Below, in pieces: positions 25,951 through 40,813 of a DNA stretch of 64,000 nucleotides (positions are counted from its first letter, which is position 1; the number at the start of each line of letters is the position of its first letter). The stretch is from Eledone cirrhosa (Eukaryota): NCBI GenBank assembly GCA_964016885.1, contig OZ024740.1, forward strand, positions 138,756,001 to 138,820,000, given 5' to 3'. Under the pieces are notes generated by a model, which did not search any database, was not told the origin of the DNA, and saw only the letters and a program-made list of their open reading frames with translations. A program made the position numbers and the translations under genes.

Positions 25951-26991
25951 TTAACCTAGATCTAAACAACAACAACAATATTGCATGACTTTAGTCAATG
26001 AGGGGACTTCTACATGGTCGCTCGACCTACCAGGAATAGCAAATAAATGACTTTCACAATGTACTCTATCATATAGAAGTAGTAACTAAACTTCCCTACG
26101 GTGTGGGAATAGGACGGATGAAGTTACATTGTGTCTGAAAATAAGTTGGGTTATTCTCAGTTGGGACCTCCTTTTTTATTTTATTTTTCGGTCAGAGAAG
26201 ACCCGGGGCTAAACAACGTACATACCTAGAGAGTGTAATCTAAGATGACGGTTGCAAAAGCAAGTAGACATAAATAGAATAACAGTTGAAAATGTATGCT
26301 GCAATGGATCGAAAAGAGCTTGGTGGAATGGACATCATTACTTATTTATCAAATGTCTAAGTAATCATTTTTTTTTTTACGAAGGAAACACAAATGCAGA
26401 TAAATATAAATAGGTTTGGACAGACACACGTAGTCACCCAAATACACTCTTATGTATAAGATAAGCTTTTACAGTTTCTTTCTCACAAATTTCACTCATA
26501 AGTCATTGGTCAATGTGGCAAGGCATTAGCCTAAGATGCCGTACAGTAAAAGGTTCGATTTTAAAACTACAGGATTACGAATCTAACGCCGTAACTAAAA
26601 AGCTATGTAAGCGCCAATTTAAATATTTAAATATCAATGATGGGTTGTTAATAAGTTTACATCTACGTTACGTTTCGGATGGTGATCAAACCAATCTATA
26701 ACTACTGAACATCAGGAGTTATGGGTCTATACATTAATTGGATGTTATCTTCCATCAATCGTTTGGACACTGAAAAGCTTAGTTTTAAATGTCACTACTG
26801 GTCCGTAGCTGTAAGCTTCGTGCAGGTGAAGACATTCGTCAGCGGAATAATCTCTTCCGGCATGCATTGCTCTTTACATTAATTGTTTTCAGATTAAAAT
26901 AAATGCACACGGACAACGACAACGACGATAAAACAACAACCACAAAGACGAGGACAACAAAAAGATAGACACGTTTACAACGGGTGAATAT

Positions 26992-29050
26992 TAGGAGTAT
27001 ATTAAAACAGTAGAGGTAGGAGTATAGTAAAATAGTAGAGGTAGGAGTATAGTAAAATAGTAGAGGTAAGAGTATAGTAAAACAGTAGAGGTAGGAGTAT
27101 AGTAAAATAGTAGAGGTAGGAGTATAGTAAAACAGTAGAGGTAGGAGTATAGTAAAACAGTAGAGGTAGAAGTATAGTAAAACAGTACGGGTAGGAGTAT
27201 AGTAAAACACAGTAGGGGTAGGAGTATAGTAAAACACAGTAGGGGTAGGAGTATAGTAAAACAGTAGGGGTAGGAGTATGGTAAAACACAGTAGGGGTAG
27301 GAGTATAGTAAAACAGTAGAGGTAGGAGTATAGTAAAACAGTAGGGGTAGGAGTATAGTAAAACACAGTAGAGGTAGGAGTATAGAAAAACAGTAGGGGT
27401 AGGAGTATAGTAAAACACAATAAGGGTAGGAGTATAGTAAAACACAGTAGAGATAGGAGTATAGTAAAACACAGTAGGGGTAGGAGTATAGTAAAACACA
27501 GTAGGGGTAGGAGTATAGTAAAACACAGTAGGGGTAGGAGTATAGTAAAACAGTAGGGGTAGGAGTATAGTAAAACACAGTAGGGGTAGGAGTATAGTAA
27601 AACAGTATGGGTAGGAGTATAGTAAAACACAATAGGGGTAGGAGTATAGTAAAACACAATAGGGGTAGGAGTATAGTAAAACACAGTAGAGGTAGGAGTA
27701 TAGTAAAACACAGTAGGGGTAGGAGTATAGTAAAACACAGTAGGGGTAGGAGTATAGTAAAACAGTAGGGGTAGGAGTATGTTAAAATACAGTAGGGGTA
27801 GGAGTATAGTAAAACAGTAGAGGTAGGAGTATAGTAAAACAGTAGGGGTAGGAGTATAGTAAAACACAGTAGAGGTAGGAGTATAGAAAAACAGTAGGGG
27901 TAGGAGTATAGTAAAACACAGTAGAGATAGGAGTATAGTAAAACACAGTAGGGGTAGGAGTATAGTAAAACACAGTAGGGGTAGGAGTATAGTAAAACAC
28001 AGTAGGGGTAGGAGTATAGTAAAACAGTAGGGGTAGGAGTATAGTAAAACAGTAGGGGTAGGAGTATAGTAAAACAGTATGGGTAGGAGTATAGTAAAAC
28101 ACAATAGGGGTAGGAGTATAGTAAAACACAATAGGGGTAGGGTTATAGTAAAACACAGTAGAGGTAGGAGTATAGTAAAACACAGTAGGGGTAGGAGTAT
28201 AGTAAAACAGTATGGGTAGGAGTATAGTAAAACACAATAGGGGTAGGAGTATAGTAAAACACAGTAGGGGTAGGAGTATAGTAAAACACAGTAGGGGTAG
28301 GGTTATAGTAAAACACAGTAGAGGTAGGAGTATAGTAAAACACAGTAGGGGTAGGAGTATAGTAAAACACAGTAGGAGTAGGAGTATAGTAAAACACAGT
28401 AGGGGTAGGAGTATAGTAAAACAGTATGGGTAGGAGTATAGTAAAACAGTAGGGGTAGGAGTATAGTAAAACAGTATGGGTAGGAGTATAGTAAAACAGT
28501 ATGGGTAGGAGTATAGTAAAACACAATAGGGGTAGGGTTATAGTAAAACACAATAGGGGTAGGAGTATAGTAAAACACAATAGGGGTAGGAGTATAGTAA
28601 AACACAGTAGGGGTAGTAGTATAGTAAAACACAGTAGGGGTAGGAATATAGTAAAACACAGTAGGGGTAGGAGTATAGTAAAACACAGTAGGGGTATGAG
28701 TATAGTAAAACACAGTAGGGGTAGGAGTATAGTAAAACACAGTAGGGGTAGGAGTATAGTAAAACACAGTAGGGGTAGGAGTATAGTAAAACACAGTAGA
28801 GGTAGGAGTATAGTAAAACACAGTAGGGGTAGGAGTATAGTAAAACACAGTAGCGGTAATAGTATAGTAAAACACAATAGGGGTAGGAGTATAGTAAAAC
28901 ACAGTAGGAGTAGGAGTATAGTAAAACACAGTAGGGGTAGGAGTATAGTAAAACACAGTAGAGGTAGGAGTATAGTAAAACAAAATAGGGGTAGGAGTAT
29001 AGTAAAACACAGTAGGGGTAGGAGTATAGTAAAACACAGTAGGAGTAGGT
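26992..29050. repeat. Minisatellite/satellite array, 28-bp unit gtaggagtatagtaaaacacagtagggg with 26-bp variant
   Basis: Roughly 75 tandem units; explains the repetitive pseudo-ORFs CFTILLPLL / FYYTPTPTV / GRSIVKHSR. Confidence 0.97.
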
Positions 29051-29254
29051 GAGTGGATGGAAGGATGGAGGTTTTATATGTATGATGCAATTTCAGCCAA
29101 GTGTTTTTTATGTTTACTTCCTCAACTTCCTTTTCTTTCCCTTCTTCTCCCCTTCTTCTCCCCCTCTCCTCGCCCCCTCTTAATCCCTCTCTTCCTCCCC
29201 ATCCCTTACTTAAGTGAAGAGAACGCAAATGTATTTGTCAGAGACATCTTGTGT

Positions 29255-29520
29255 TGTAGTTGTTTTGCTTGTTGTTTCGTCTTGTACTCGTTGTCCTTGT
29301 CGATAATGTTGTTGTTGTTGCTGTTGTTGTTATCATTATTCTATTTTTTGTTCTGGTTGTATTTGCTATTGTTGTTGTCGCTGTTTTCGTTGATGTTCTC
29401 GATTTTGTTCTTCTGGTTGTTGTTGCTATTGTTATTACTGTTGTTATCGTTGATGATCTACTCTTTTTTCTTCTCCTCATTGCTGTTGTTGTTTTGGTTG
29501 TGTGGTGTTGGTGTTGGTGG

Positions 29521-29551
<31 letters not shown>

Positions 29552-29640
29552 GGTTGTTGTTGCTGTTGTGGTTGTTGTTGTTGTTGTTGTAGTGGTGGTG
29601 GTTGCTGTTGTTGTTGCTATTGTTGTTGTTGTTGTAGTCA
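29255..29640. repeat. Degenerate (GTT)n region
   Basis: Long imperfect GTT run. Confidence 0.9.
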
Positions 29641-30036
29641 TTGTTTTAAGTTGATGTTTCGTTTCAGTTTCAGTTTTGAAGATAATGAAGAAAAAACTTT
29701 CAAGATAAACAACTTGAAAGAAATTACGAGTAAATGAGGGTGATTCTGAAAAGGATGTTTAGTAGTAAAGGATAGGAAATGATGATGATGATGATGATGA
29801 TGATGATCTTCATGACGTAATTCTTTTTTACACTTTCCTTTGAAATACATGTACCAATGAAGTTGTACAGCTGTGGGAAGTTGTTGAAACACCGAATACG
29901 TATGTGTATATGTATGTAGAAGATACGTGTGTGCTTATAAAATTGTGTTTTTGTGTAAGTATGCAAATACGCATTCATCTATGCTGTGCATATATGAATA
30001 CATGTGTGTGTGTATTTGAGTGTCTATATGTATGGA

Positions 30037-30098
<62 letters not shown>

Positions 30099-30130
30099 AT
30101 AATAATGATTTCTTTATTATCTTTATAAAA

Positions 30131-30732
30131 TAATTGTTTCTACTTTTGGCACAAGGCCAGCAATTACCCAGTACAGTACTGGTACTTTATTTATCGACCT
30201 CGTAAGGATGAAAGGCAAAGTTAACCTCGACGGGATTTGAATTCAGACCGTAAAGGGACGTAACCATGCTGGAAAGCATGGCGTCCGACCCTCTACTGAT
30301 ACTGCCAATAATGATTTTATAGTATAGGTACAAGGCCAGTAATTTTGGGGTAGAGGAAAGTCAATTAAATCGACCCAAGTACGTTACTGGTGCTTTATTT
30401 TATCGACCCCGTGAGGATGAAAAGCAAAGTTAACCTCGGCGGGATTTGAACTCAGAACGTAAAGGGCCTTAACTCTATGCTGCGAAGCATGTTGTCCGAC
30501 GCTCTACCGTTACTGCCAATAATGATAATGATAATGATTGTTTCTACTTTAGACACAAGGCCAGCAATTTGAAGGGATGGGGAATAAATCGACCCCAGTG
30601 CTTACTCGTACTTTATTTTATGACCCCGTAAGGATGAAAGGCAAATCTAAACTCGGCGGAATTTGAACTCAAAATGTTAAAAGGCCGTAACTATATGCCA
30701 TAAAGCATTTTGTCCGACTCTCTACCGATACA
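30131..30732 (-). mobile_element. Three tandem S1 SINEs
   Basis: Copies at about 30131-30309, 30315-30520, 30536-30732, separated by short aat/gat runs. Confidence 0.88.
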
Positions 30733-30929
30733 TTAATAAACTATATATATCCAAGGAAAACATTTCCTAAATGACACTTTTTCCGAAAACAAAACACACT
30801 TGCACACACACACCATACACACATACATACCCACATGCATACACATATACACGCACACACACACACATATATATACATACATACATACATAGATGAAAAA
30901 CTGCGTGCTTATCAGCAAAAATCATGCAT

Positions 30930-31760
30930 GGCTATGTTGCCAGAAAGCTTTAAAATGAGAGTAATATAGACAAACAAAGCATTCTATCTTGGGTCAAAAA
31001 CCAATATATTAATTCTCACTTTGAAGGATATGCTATAGCAATCAAAGAACAGGTAACACCAACGAAATACCTGATGCATAAAAGAGATAGAGATGCAAGC
31101 AAAACACCTAGATGTGACAACAGATGCAAACTCTGCGGAATAAATATCGAAGATATCACCCACATCATAAGCAGCTGTCCAAAGAAATCATCCCAATGCG
31201 GTATGATGTAGTGGCGAAAACACTATACAATGTAATCCGTAGAAAGGATAGCCTCGGAAATATACATATAAAAGTTATAGTGGTGCGGAGGGCATATGCA
31301 TACATAAAAGGAAAGAGTAATGTTAGAATGTTCCAGTCAAAACCCCCAATATAATACAAACGCAACAGATCAGACATAGTGATATGGGACAGAAAACAAG
31401 ACATACACAGTGGTGGAAATCAGCTGCTGAGCAGCTGTCAATATAATGTTCAAGATTAGCGAAAAGTAGAACATTTATGATGAACTAATGATGATCTGCA
31501 GATACTCTGCCCTGACTATACCTTTACATTTGTACCTGTGATATGTTACTAATTATTTCAGTACAAATCTTGAGAAATGGGCCTAGTTAGAAAATTGCAT
31601 GTACAGTCCATTAATAGAACTGTAAAAATATGTAAAACATTTCAGAAATTCAGTATGTAATAACTGCATATACACATGTATAGATACAGAGATATATGCA
31701 CGAGTACTCATATAACTCAAAACATACAGATCCACACATGTAATAACAACCATACCTACA
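30930..31760 (+). mobile_element. Decayed RLE-type non-LTR retrotransposon 3' fragment (family 3)
   Basis: SHFEGYAIAIKEQ..CDNRCKLCG..EDITHIISSCP..RYD..NRSDIVIWD..VVEISC in broken frames; 3' part matches 61430-61700. Confidence 0.75.
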
Positions 31761-31918
31761 TATAGTGCGGGCTGGGCGGGCTGGTATTAATTATCCGTTG
31801 TCCTAACACAGCGTGATAGATGCGTATATTGAAGCATACATAATACATGCATACATACAACTATACATACATACATATACATTATTACATCTAGCTATAC
31901 ATCTGTATATCTATCTAT

Positions 31919-31989
<71 letters not shown>

Positions 31990-31991
<2 letters not shown>

Positions 31992-32141
31992 TTTATCTAT
32001 CTCTATACATTTCTCTCACTCTCTCTGTCTCCCTTTATCTATCTCTATACATTTCTCTCTCTCTCTGTGTCTCCCTTTATCTATCTCTATACATTTCTCT
32101 CTCTTTCTCTCTCTGTCTCCCTTTATCTATCTCTATACATT

Positions 32142-32150
<9 letters not shown>
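31990..32150. repeat. ~40-bp tandem repeat ctttatctatctctatacatttctctc..
   Basis: Four units embedded in (CT)n. Confidence 0.85.
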
Positions 32151-32214
<64 letters not shown>

Positions 32215-32431
32215 TGCACACTTACTTCTTCCCCCCTTTCTAGCAATTATTTTATCTCATACGAAGGAAATTGAGTATTAGGGACGGCTGAGTGTCAACC
32301 AAACTACCAAACCACTAAACAAAACTATATTGCAGTGTTGGATTACCTCCCTTTACACTGTTTGATGAAAAATTTAACATGTACACATCTAAAACGTTTT
32401 ATATATACTTAAGTGATAGTTCTGAACATTT

Positions 32432-32556
32432 TCCCATTCTGAGTTCAAATCCCGCCAAGGTTAACTTTGCCTTTCATCCTTACGGGGTCGATAAAATAAA
32501 GTACCAGTAATGTACTGGTTAATTGCTGGCCTTGTGACCAAAGTAGAAACAATTAT
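32432..32556 (+). mobile_element. S1 SINE, 5'-truncated
   Basis: B-box, core and tail. Confidence 0.85.
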
Positions 32557-32599
32557 TTTTATATTTACATATATTTGTAAAATCATTGAATTTTCGTTG

Positions 32600-33000
32600 A
32601 GATACTAGTGTCGCTAAGGTCGTTTGCTACACGAAAAAAAAAAATTATCATCGTAGAACAGCAATTGTTGACTCTGTGATGACTAAGCTGAACGAGACGT
32701 GGACTATTTTATAAGAATCGAAGAAAATATTTAATCAAACCTTTTCCAATTATGATCTATTGAGCAGAAACGTGGATAATTAATAAAACTACTGATCAGA
32801 AAAGAATTTAAACTTTTGAAATCGGGTGCTGGAGAAAAATGCTCAGAATTTGTTGACCTAAAAAAGTGTTCGAAGAAATCAATTTTGAAAGAAATTAGCA
32901 GAAGGACTATAAGAGTCTTACGAAAAAGATTATTTTGGAATGATGGATGAATGGAGGAATAGGAGAACCGAGACAATAAATATTTCATGAATAAAAATTT
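32600..33000 (+). pseudogene. RTE-clade RT C-terminal remnant
   Basis: FPIMIY*AETWII..KRI*TFEIGCWRKMLRI resembles the RTE YGxETW..FEMWCWRRMLRI segment. Confidence 0.6.
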
Positions 33001-33165
33001 GAACTAAATAGTTTTGGCAAATAATCGAAATGATTTTTAACAAAACGCTTTTGAAAATACCAAAGGTCTACGCAGACACTGTGACTAAGATATCGCGCAC
33101 ACATACACACGCACACACAAACAACACAGATACAGACACGCATTATATATATATATATATCAATG

Positions 33166-33227
<62 letters not shown>

Positions 33228-33231
<4 letters not shown>

Positions 33232-33282
33232 AACCAGTAAGACCCCGACAGCTGAGCTCAAGCCGTTTCGACGGCTAATTCT
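33228..33282 (-). mobile_element. Single arm of the fold-back family seen at 13981/41455/41984
   Basis: taggaaccagtaagaccccgacagctgagctcaagccgtttcgacggctaattct in (TA)n. Confidence 0.7.
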
Positions 33283-33298
33283 CATATATCAATGATAT

Positions 33299-33341
<43 letters not shown>

Positions 33342-33344
33342 ATG

Positions 33345-33401
<57 letters not shown>

Positions 33402-33405
<4 letters not shown>

Positions 33406-34189
33406 ATACTTGGGGAGGGTCATATTTGTGTAATATTGCCAGAATTAATAAGAGAACACACTGGGGGGGGGGGGGGACTAAAAGGACGAAAAAACGGGTC
33501 AGTACTATACGAACATGCCAGGCAACAACACGACGGTAACATAGACAACATAGAAATTAGAATAATATCTAAACATAGAAATGACGCAGCAGATAGGCAA
33601 ATCAGAGAGGCCAGTGAAATAGAACTTAGAAGGCCAAGACTAAACAGAAAGAATGAATGGAATAACAACAACACCCAAACAAACAACACTGACCTAAGAG
33701 AACTATAAATAAATGGATAAATAAATAAATACATACACAAGCACAATAACAACAAACACATATAAACACACACTAGTCACCCAATCACGAACATACATCA
33801 AACAAAACACTATACACACACGCAAACGCATGCGCAAAGAAGACAAAATAAAATAAACAAACAAGCAAATAAATAAATAAATATATAGACAGACTAAATA
33901 AAAATGGCGTAGACATACAATGTAACGGGAGGAAACAATAGCACCACTGACGATGTTGCAGATGTGCAACGAAAGATTTACGATAAACTATATATATGTG
34001 TTTGTGTCTATATTGTATCTGTATTATTTTTGACCGTCGGTCAGTCAATGGCAACATTGAGGACCGAATAAATTCGATTACCGATATAAAAGACACAGAA
34101 GCGAAAAGCGAAAACCAACCAAACAGTGAGTGTGTTCTGTTATTAATTCTGGCAATATTACACAAATATGACCCTCCCCAAGTATAACA
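33402..34189. mobile_element. Non-autonomous TIR DNA element, Ginger-like
   Basis: ~57-bp terminal inverted repeats TGTTATACTTGGGGAGGGTCATATTTG..; TGT..ACA ends; ATAT on both flanks (33398-33401, 34190-34193). Confidence 0.75.
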
Positions 34190-34250
34190 ATATTTGTTTC
34201 GACACACGATTTCATATAAAAAAACCTCGCAAAACTAATTCATCGCCGTT

Positions 34251-34392
34251 ATATTAATAAATGGAAACTATATTAATAAAACCATATTTATTTTATTATA
34301 TATACTTCAAGGATACCAACATTTTGGTACACTTGAAATATATATAATAAAATAAATATGGTTTTATTAATATAGTTTCCATTTATTAATAT
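34251..34392. repeat. Palindrome with ~68-bp arms (fold-back insert)
   Basis: atattaataaatggaaactatattaataaaacc.. inverted around taccaa-catt-ttggta. Confidence 0.85.
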
Positions 34393-34485
34393 CATTGATA
34401 TCATACTCCAGAAATCTTGTAGAGTGCTTCGAATCTGTTATAAATAAATTTGTTGAATAACCAACAAATTAAATATCTCTTTGCT

Positions 34486-34864
<379 letters not shown>

Positions 34865-34929
34865 TGTGTGTATATATATATATATATATTATATGTATAT
34901 ATTTATATATTTATATATGTTGGTCCTCC

Positions 34930-35200
34930 GATGATTCTGAGCACTAGTGTTCCAGTGATCGATAATGGGAACAACCTCCTAGGGAATTTAATGTGCAAAT
35001 GGGTAATCATACCACAGACACCTGTCCCCTTAACATAGTTCTCGCGGAGATTCAGTGTGATACGGCGTGTGACAAGGTTGGCGCTTTGAAGCACACGTAC
35101 AACACATTTTTTGTGGGCAGTGGACAGGATCAACGTGATATGAAGTATCTTGCTCAACGACACAACGGGCCGCCGAGAATCTAACCAAGAAGTCACGCAT
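34930..35200 (-). mobile_element. SINE family S2 (tRNA-like head, gagcaagatacttcat core)
   Basis: gtgatatgaagtatcttgctcaacgacacaac motif recurs at ~20400-20520(+), 38660-38900(-), 42253-42540(+), 44200-44345(-). Confidence 0.7.
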
Positions 35201-35203
35201 CTT

Positions 35204-35530
<327 letters not shown>

Positions 35531-35611
35531 CCATGCCTCATTTCTTAATAACCTTTCCACCGATCAAGCATTTTTTATTCTTCAGACTTTCTTTCATTAT
35601 TTCTTTCCCCT

Positions 35612-35806
35612 CGGGGATGGTGGATTGGCAGTATCGGTAGAGGGTCGGACACCATGCTTCACAGCATAGAGTTACGGCCCTTTCCATTCTGTGTTCAAAT
35701 CCCGCCGAGATTAACTTTGCCTTTCATCTTTACGGGGTCGATAAAATAAAGTACCAGTAATGCACTGGGTAATTTGCTGGCCTTGTGCCCAAAGTAGAAA
35801 CAATTA
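35612..35806 (+). mobile_element. S1 SINE, full length
   Basis: Head, B-box, core and tail all present. Confidence 0.88.
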
Positions 35807-36045
35807 TTTCTTTCTCCTCTCTTTTTCTTACTGTCTTTTTTCCTTCATTCTGTTTTAGTTTCTTTCTCTCTCCTTCATCCCTCCCTTGTTTTCCACCATT
35901 CGTTCTTTTATGATCGTTCTTTCTGTTTCTTTTCATTCATTCTTTCTTTCCCTCCCTGTATTCTTACATTCTTATTCTTTCTTGCATTTCCTTCATTCTT
36001 TCACTTCTTTCTATTGTTCGTAATCTCTTTCATTCATTCATTCGT

Positions 36046-36081
<36 letters not shown>

Positions 36082-36569
36082 TTTCCCTTCTTTGTTTTTC
36101 TTTCTCTTTCCTTCTTTCTTGCTATCTTTTTTCTTTCTTTCTCTTTCTGTTTCCTTCCTTCGTACACGAGCGGATTTCAGAAGCCAGAGGTTTCTAAAGA
36201 TGACATCTCTAAGCATGCAATGTTTACTTGCGTTTGTACATAGATGTATGTGTGTGTACATGAGAGCTTATGCAGATATGTGTGTATGTGTGTACATATG
36301 TACGTGTGTGTATGTGTATAGATACGTGTGGGTTTTTACATATATGTGTGTATAGATCTGTATATATGCACATTTGTTTAAATATTCGTGGAAAGGATAT
36401 GTGCGTGAATGTGCGTTTGTATATAGATGTGTACAGATGTATGTGTACATATGTATGTGAGTGTGTGTGTGTGTTTCTACGTGTGTAAATGTGTGTATAT
36501 CTGTATGCGTTTCTGTATATTTTTGTTTGTGCGTGTGTATGTTTATATGTATATTAGTATATGCGTGTA

Positions 36570-36645
<76 letters not shown>

Positions 36646-36871
36646 AGTGTATATCTATATGTGTATGTCTGTGTAAAGGTATAAAACAACAATCATGAGT
36701 GATGACGTCAGAAATGTAAGGCTACCTAAACTTCACCATCTAACACATCAAAGACGTTGTCTTGTATAATGTATGAAGCCATGCAGATATACACGCCTAT
36801 GTAGTATGTGTATGCTCCCTTTTTTTATACAATCATATATGCAGGTATATATACGCGTATGTTTGTATATA

Positions 36872-36912
<41 letters not shown>

Positions 36913-37050
36913 GCACACGCACACACACACACACACACACGTATGTATGCCTCATGTACGCGTTTATATATATATATATATTTGTGTGTGTATGTCTGTG
37001 TAATGTATACATACATATGTATATACTTATATACATATATATGTATACAC

Positions 37051-37144
<94 letters not shown>

Positions 37145-37409
37145 CTGTGTATGGTTGTTTGTGTATGTGTATGTGCTTGCTTCTTGTTTTGTTTCTTTCT
37201 GAGTACAGTGATGCGTGTATAATCTTTCCTGTATGTACGTATGTGTATATGCAGTATAACGTGTGTATACAAGTATATGCACTCGTAAACCTTCTCCATG
37301 TGTAGTGCAATGTGCATGTAATCATGCGGATGATTATGGGTGAATGTATATATTTGTGTGTGTAAGTGTGTTTGTCATTATATATATATATATTGTTATC
37401 ATTAGTACT

Positions 37410-37515
37410 TGGATTGGCAGTATCGGTAGAGGGTCGGACACCATGCTTTGACGCATAGAGTTACGGCCCTTGCCATTCTGAGTTCAAATCCCGCCAAGGT
37501 TAACTTTGCATTTCA
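37410..37515 (+). mobile_element. S1 SINE 5' half
   Basis: Head and B-box, ends within the core. Confidence 0.8.
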
Positions 37516-38659
37516 TTGTATGTATTGTATGTATATACAGTAACTTATATTTACATACACACATATATGCCTGATAAAAAGCGGACATTTGTCTGTGTGT
37601 GGTCGCATTATCAACACTCATTGACCATTAGTCTCCGTCATATTAAGATACCAAATCTTTTGTTTGCGCTAACAAAGTCACCAAAAATGATTTACTGTTT
37701 TTATTTAAAAGGATACTATCAGGGGCCATAGTTTCTGTATTCTGGCTACACAACCCTTATAGATACAAAAACACAGGAAACACGGAGCGTTTTTCTTCAC
37801 TCTACTACAGAGTACAGTCGGCTTCTTTGCTCTGCAACACACCGATAACACAGTTCATGGTGTAGTCACACAGAGATATACAAACACACAGTCACTAGCC
37901 AGCTCAGTGACTGGAGGGCTGGTTACCAACAATTCACCACTTTAAGATTCTACATTCACACACACAATCGATACATTACAATTATTCATGTATTTTTTCC
38001 CGTTGTTCATTAGTACTGTACATGATTTCGAGGTAAATCATGTCACTAATGAAAACATAAAAATTAGCAGTGTCTTGTTCATTTGTAAATTCATACCAAT
38101 GTGACAGGGAAATTGTTACTCCCCACAGAAATATCGCATCAATACAACAAGCGACTATAACCACAGATTTTCTTGTCCATGGCGAGACTTCACAGCAACA
38201 ATTCCCTCGATTCACTGAGACACACATCACTCACCAGCAATGGACTCTGCCAACAAACCACATATTCAAGTATTTCACCAACTTCGTCGTCTCAACTCCT
38301 ACTACACCTTTACAAATGAACTAAACAGACAAACAAACAATCTTCTTCATTCCCGCTAAATGTGTTTGTGTGCATATGAGTAGAACTGTAATTCTTGATG
38401 GAATTAGAGTTTACAATTCTACTCAGTGGTGCCGTACTGACATACAGTGTGTTCTTGGTAATTTAAACCTTGCGAATCCATCAGCTCTCCAGGCGTGAAC
38501 TGTATGAAGAAGAGAGTGATAGAGAGGTAGAGAGAAGAAAATATAGAGGAAGAAACGAACTCAGGACTGGACTGGTACTTTTTTATCGACTGCGAGCTGA
38601 TGCGTTGTGCCCTTGCAAAGTTGGCCTCGGCAAAGAAGCGTTCCGCAAAGCTTTCCATC

Positions 38660-38905
38660 AAGAATGGCCACGGGATTTGCTCCTAGAAAATTCTCCACCG
38701 AGACACAAGACCGAGTATGGTAGTCTTCCCTCTCCACGCCACCGATGTTGTCCAAGGGATAGGCAAAGGATGATACACTTGGCATCAGTGACGTCGCAGT
38801 TCTACAGCTATGTGAACTGGCGTAACGTGAAATAAAGTGTCTTGCTCAGGGGTACAATGCATCACTCAATCCGGAAATCGAACTCACAACCTCACGATTG
38901 TAGAG
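38660..38905 (-). mobile_element. S2-type SINE
   Basis: gtgaaataaagtgtcttgctcagg core and gagttcgattt B-box on the minus strand. Confidence 0.7.
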
Positions 38906-39037
38906 AAACAACAACAAAAAGAGACAGAAAAACGCGGGGAGACAGATTGAGAAAGAGGGGAAGATGTCGTAGATAAACAGTTTATCGAAGAAAGAGCGCC
39001 TAGGGTCACAGCAGTAATTAACAGTAAAGTTGCACAT

Positions 39038-39109
<72 letters not shown>

Positions 39110-39190
39110 ATTATATATATTATATATCAGAGCGAATGGGAATATATACGCATCAAATACGTTTTCTTGTGGTTGATTGGATGATATACA

Positions 39191-39237
39191 CGTCTTTTGA
39201 TGAGGGTCCAATTAGATCCAAAAATCGATTAAGGATG
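39191..39237 (+). ncRNA. Degenerate minimal type I hammerhead ribozyme motif
   Basis: cgtctt-TTGATGA-gggtc(caatta)gatcc-AAAA-atcgat-ta-aggatg: stems I and II pair, palindromic stem III, two core substitutions (C3, G12). Confidence 0.45.
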
Positions 39238-39485
39238 ATCATAATTTTTTCACTTTACAAGAAAATTCATATTTTCTGGCATATTTACATGCCTACATAT
39301 TAGATATGTGTATATATTTGTATACGTTGGTAGAGTCACGGTTACACACTTTGTATTTATACGGATGTAACTTTATATGTGCATTTCAATCTACCTACAA
39401 GAATTTTATTATATTAATCTACCTACAAGTTTATTATATTAATATATGAATGTTTTAAGTAATTTGTTATTTAAAACAACTATTC

Positions 39486-39582
<97 letters not shown>

Positions 39583-39703
39583 ACACCACACATGTATACA
39601 CACACAACACATGCATACATAATATATTTTACCATCAAATGTGACAGCTTGAGAATTTATACGCGGCGAATGTTTTTGAATTTGTATGTTAAATATGTGT
39701 GTA

Positions 39704-39753
<50 letters not shown>

Positions 39754-40414
39754 TAAATGAATTTGCTATATATGTTTCTATGAATTTGCTGTATAGATTT
39801 GTTTTAAGATATTAAACTGTCGCAACGCGTCAAAACTTATATGTGACTTATCGTCTTTCACCCTTATCATAACTATAACCAACATCACTACCCCATCATC
39901 ACCTGCACCACCACCTTAATCATCATCAGCAGTAGACTCATCATACCACCACCATCACCACCATCGGCGGCATCTAGATCTTTATTTAAGACCGCTGTTC
40001 TCTCACATATACACTAGTACTGATGATATCGCAATTGAAATCTTTTAATAAAGTGGATTTTCTTTGAGAATTGCTTAATGTGAAGGAAGGTGGAGGAAAG
40101 AAGCGGGACAAGGAGTTAAACATTCTCTTGTAAAACATAGTCTCTTCTCGTAAGTAACACATCACAGTAATAATGAGTAGTGAAAGAAATAGAGATGGGT
40201 GAAAAGTGGTAGTGAGTACGTTACGTGTAATGACAGTTTTGTTTCAACAGCCATTTCTATTAACATACATACATCATACATACATATATACATCATACAT
40301 ACATACATACATACATACATACTTACATGCATATATACATACATACTTACACACACAAACACACATGCACACACACACACATACACACATACACACATAC
40401 ACACAGACACACGC

Positions 40415-40504
<90 letters not shown>

Positions 40505-40813
40505 TTATATATGTATATATATGTATATATATAGTAAAAGAATGAAGAATAATATGGTCGGCTGTACAAAAAGGGTTCATTTATAGCATTAACAATTGTT
40601 TCATTAATCAGGTGAGTCTAAAAGCCGCTGATCGCTAGAAATTACGTCACTCGACCTTAATTACAGTGTTTGCCTGATCAAGAACCACCTGCATGGGAAC
40701 TCTCTTAAATTGCCACCTGACTAAGGAAATTTCTTGTTGAGTCAAACAACGCCGTACGTTAAAACTATTCTCAACACAGAGTACTCACCACCTCTAGCTG
40801 GATTACCTTAAAC

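Noticed and set aside
26992-29050. CRISPR-like array (28-bp repeats)
   Set aside because: Units are directly adjacent with no unique spacers, no cas genes, eukaryotic context
26839-29228. Long ORFs of 430, 361, 244, 222 and 183 aa
   Set aside because: Translations of the 26/28-bp satellite; no unique coding content
29057-29737. Cys/Leu-rich 226-aa ORF
   Set aside because: Derived from the (GTT)n low-complexity tract
37982-38324. Overlapping 82/84-aa ORFs in unique sequence
   Set aside because: No recognisable domain; stops interrupt all frames after the candidate acceptor
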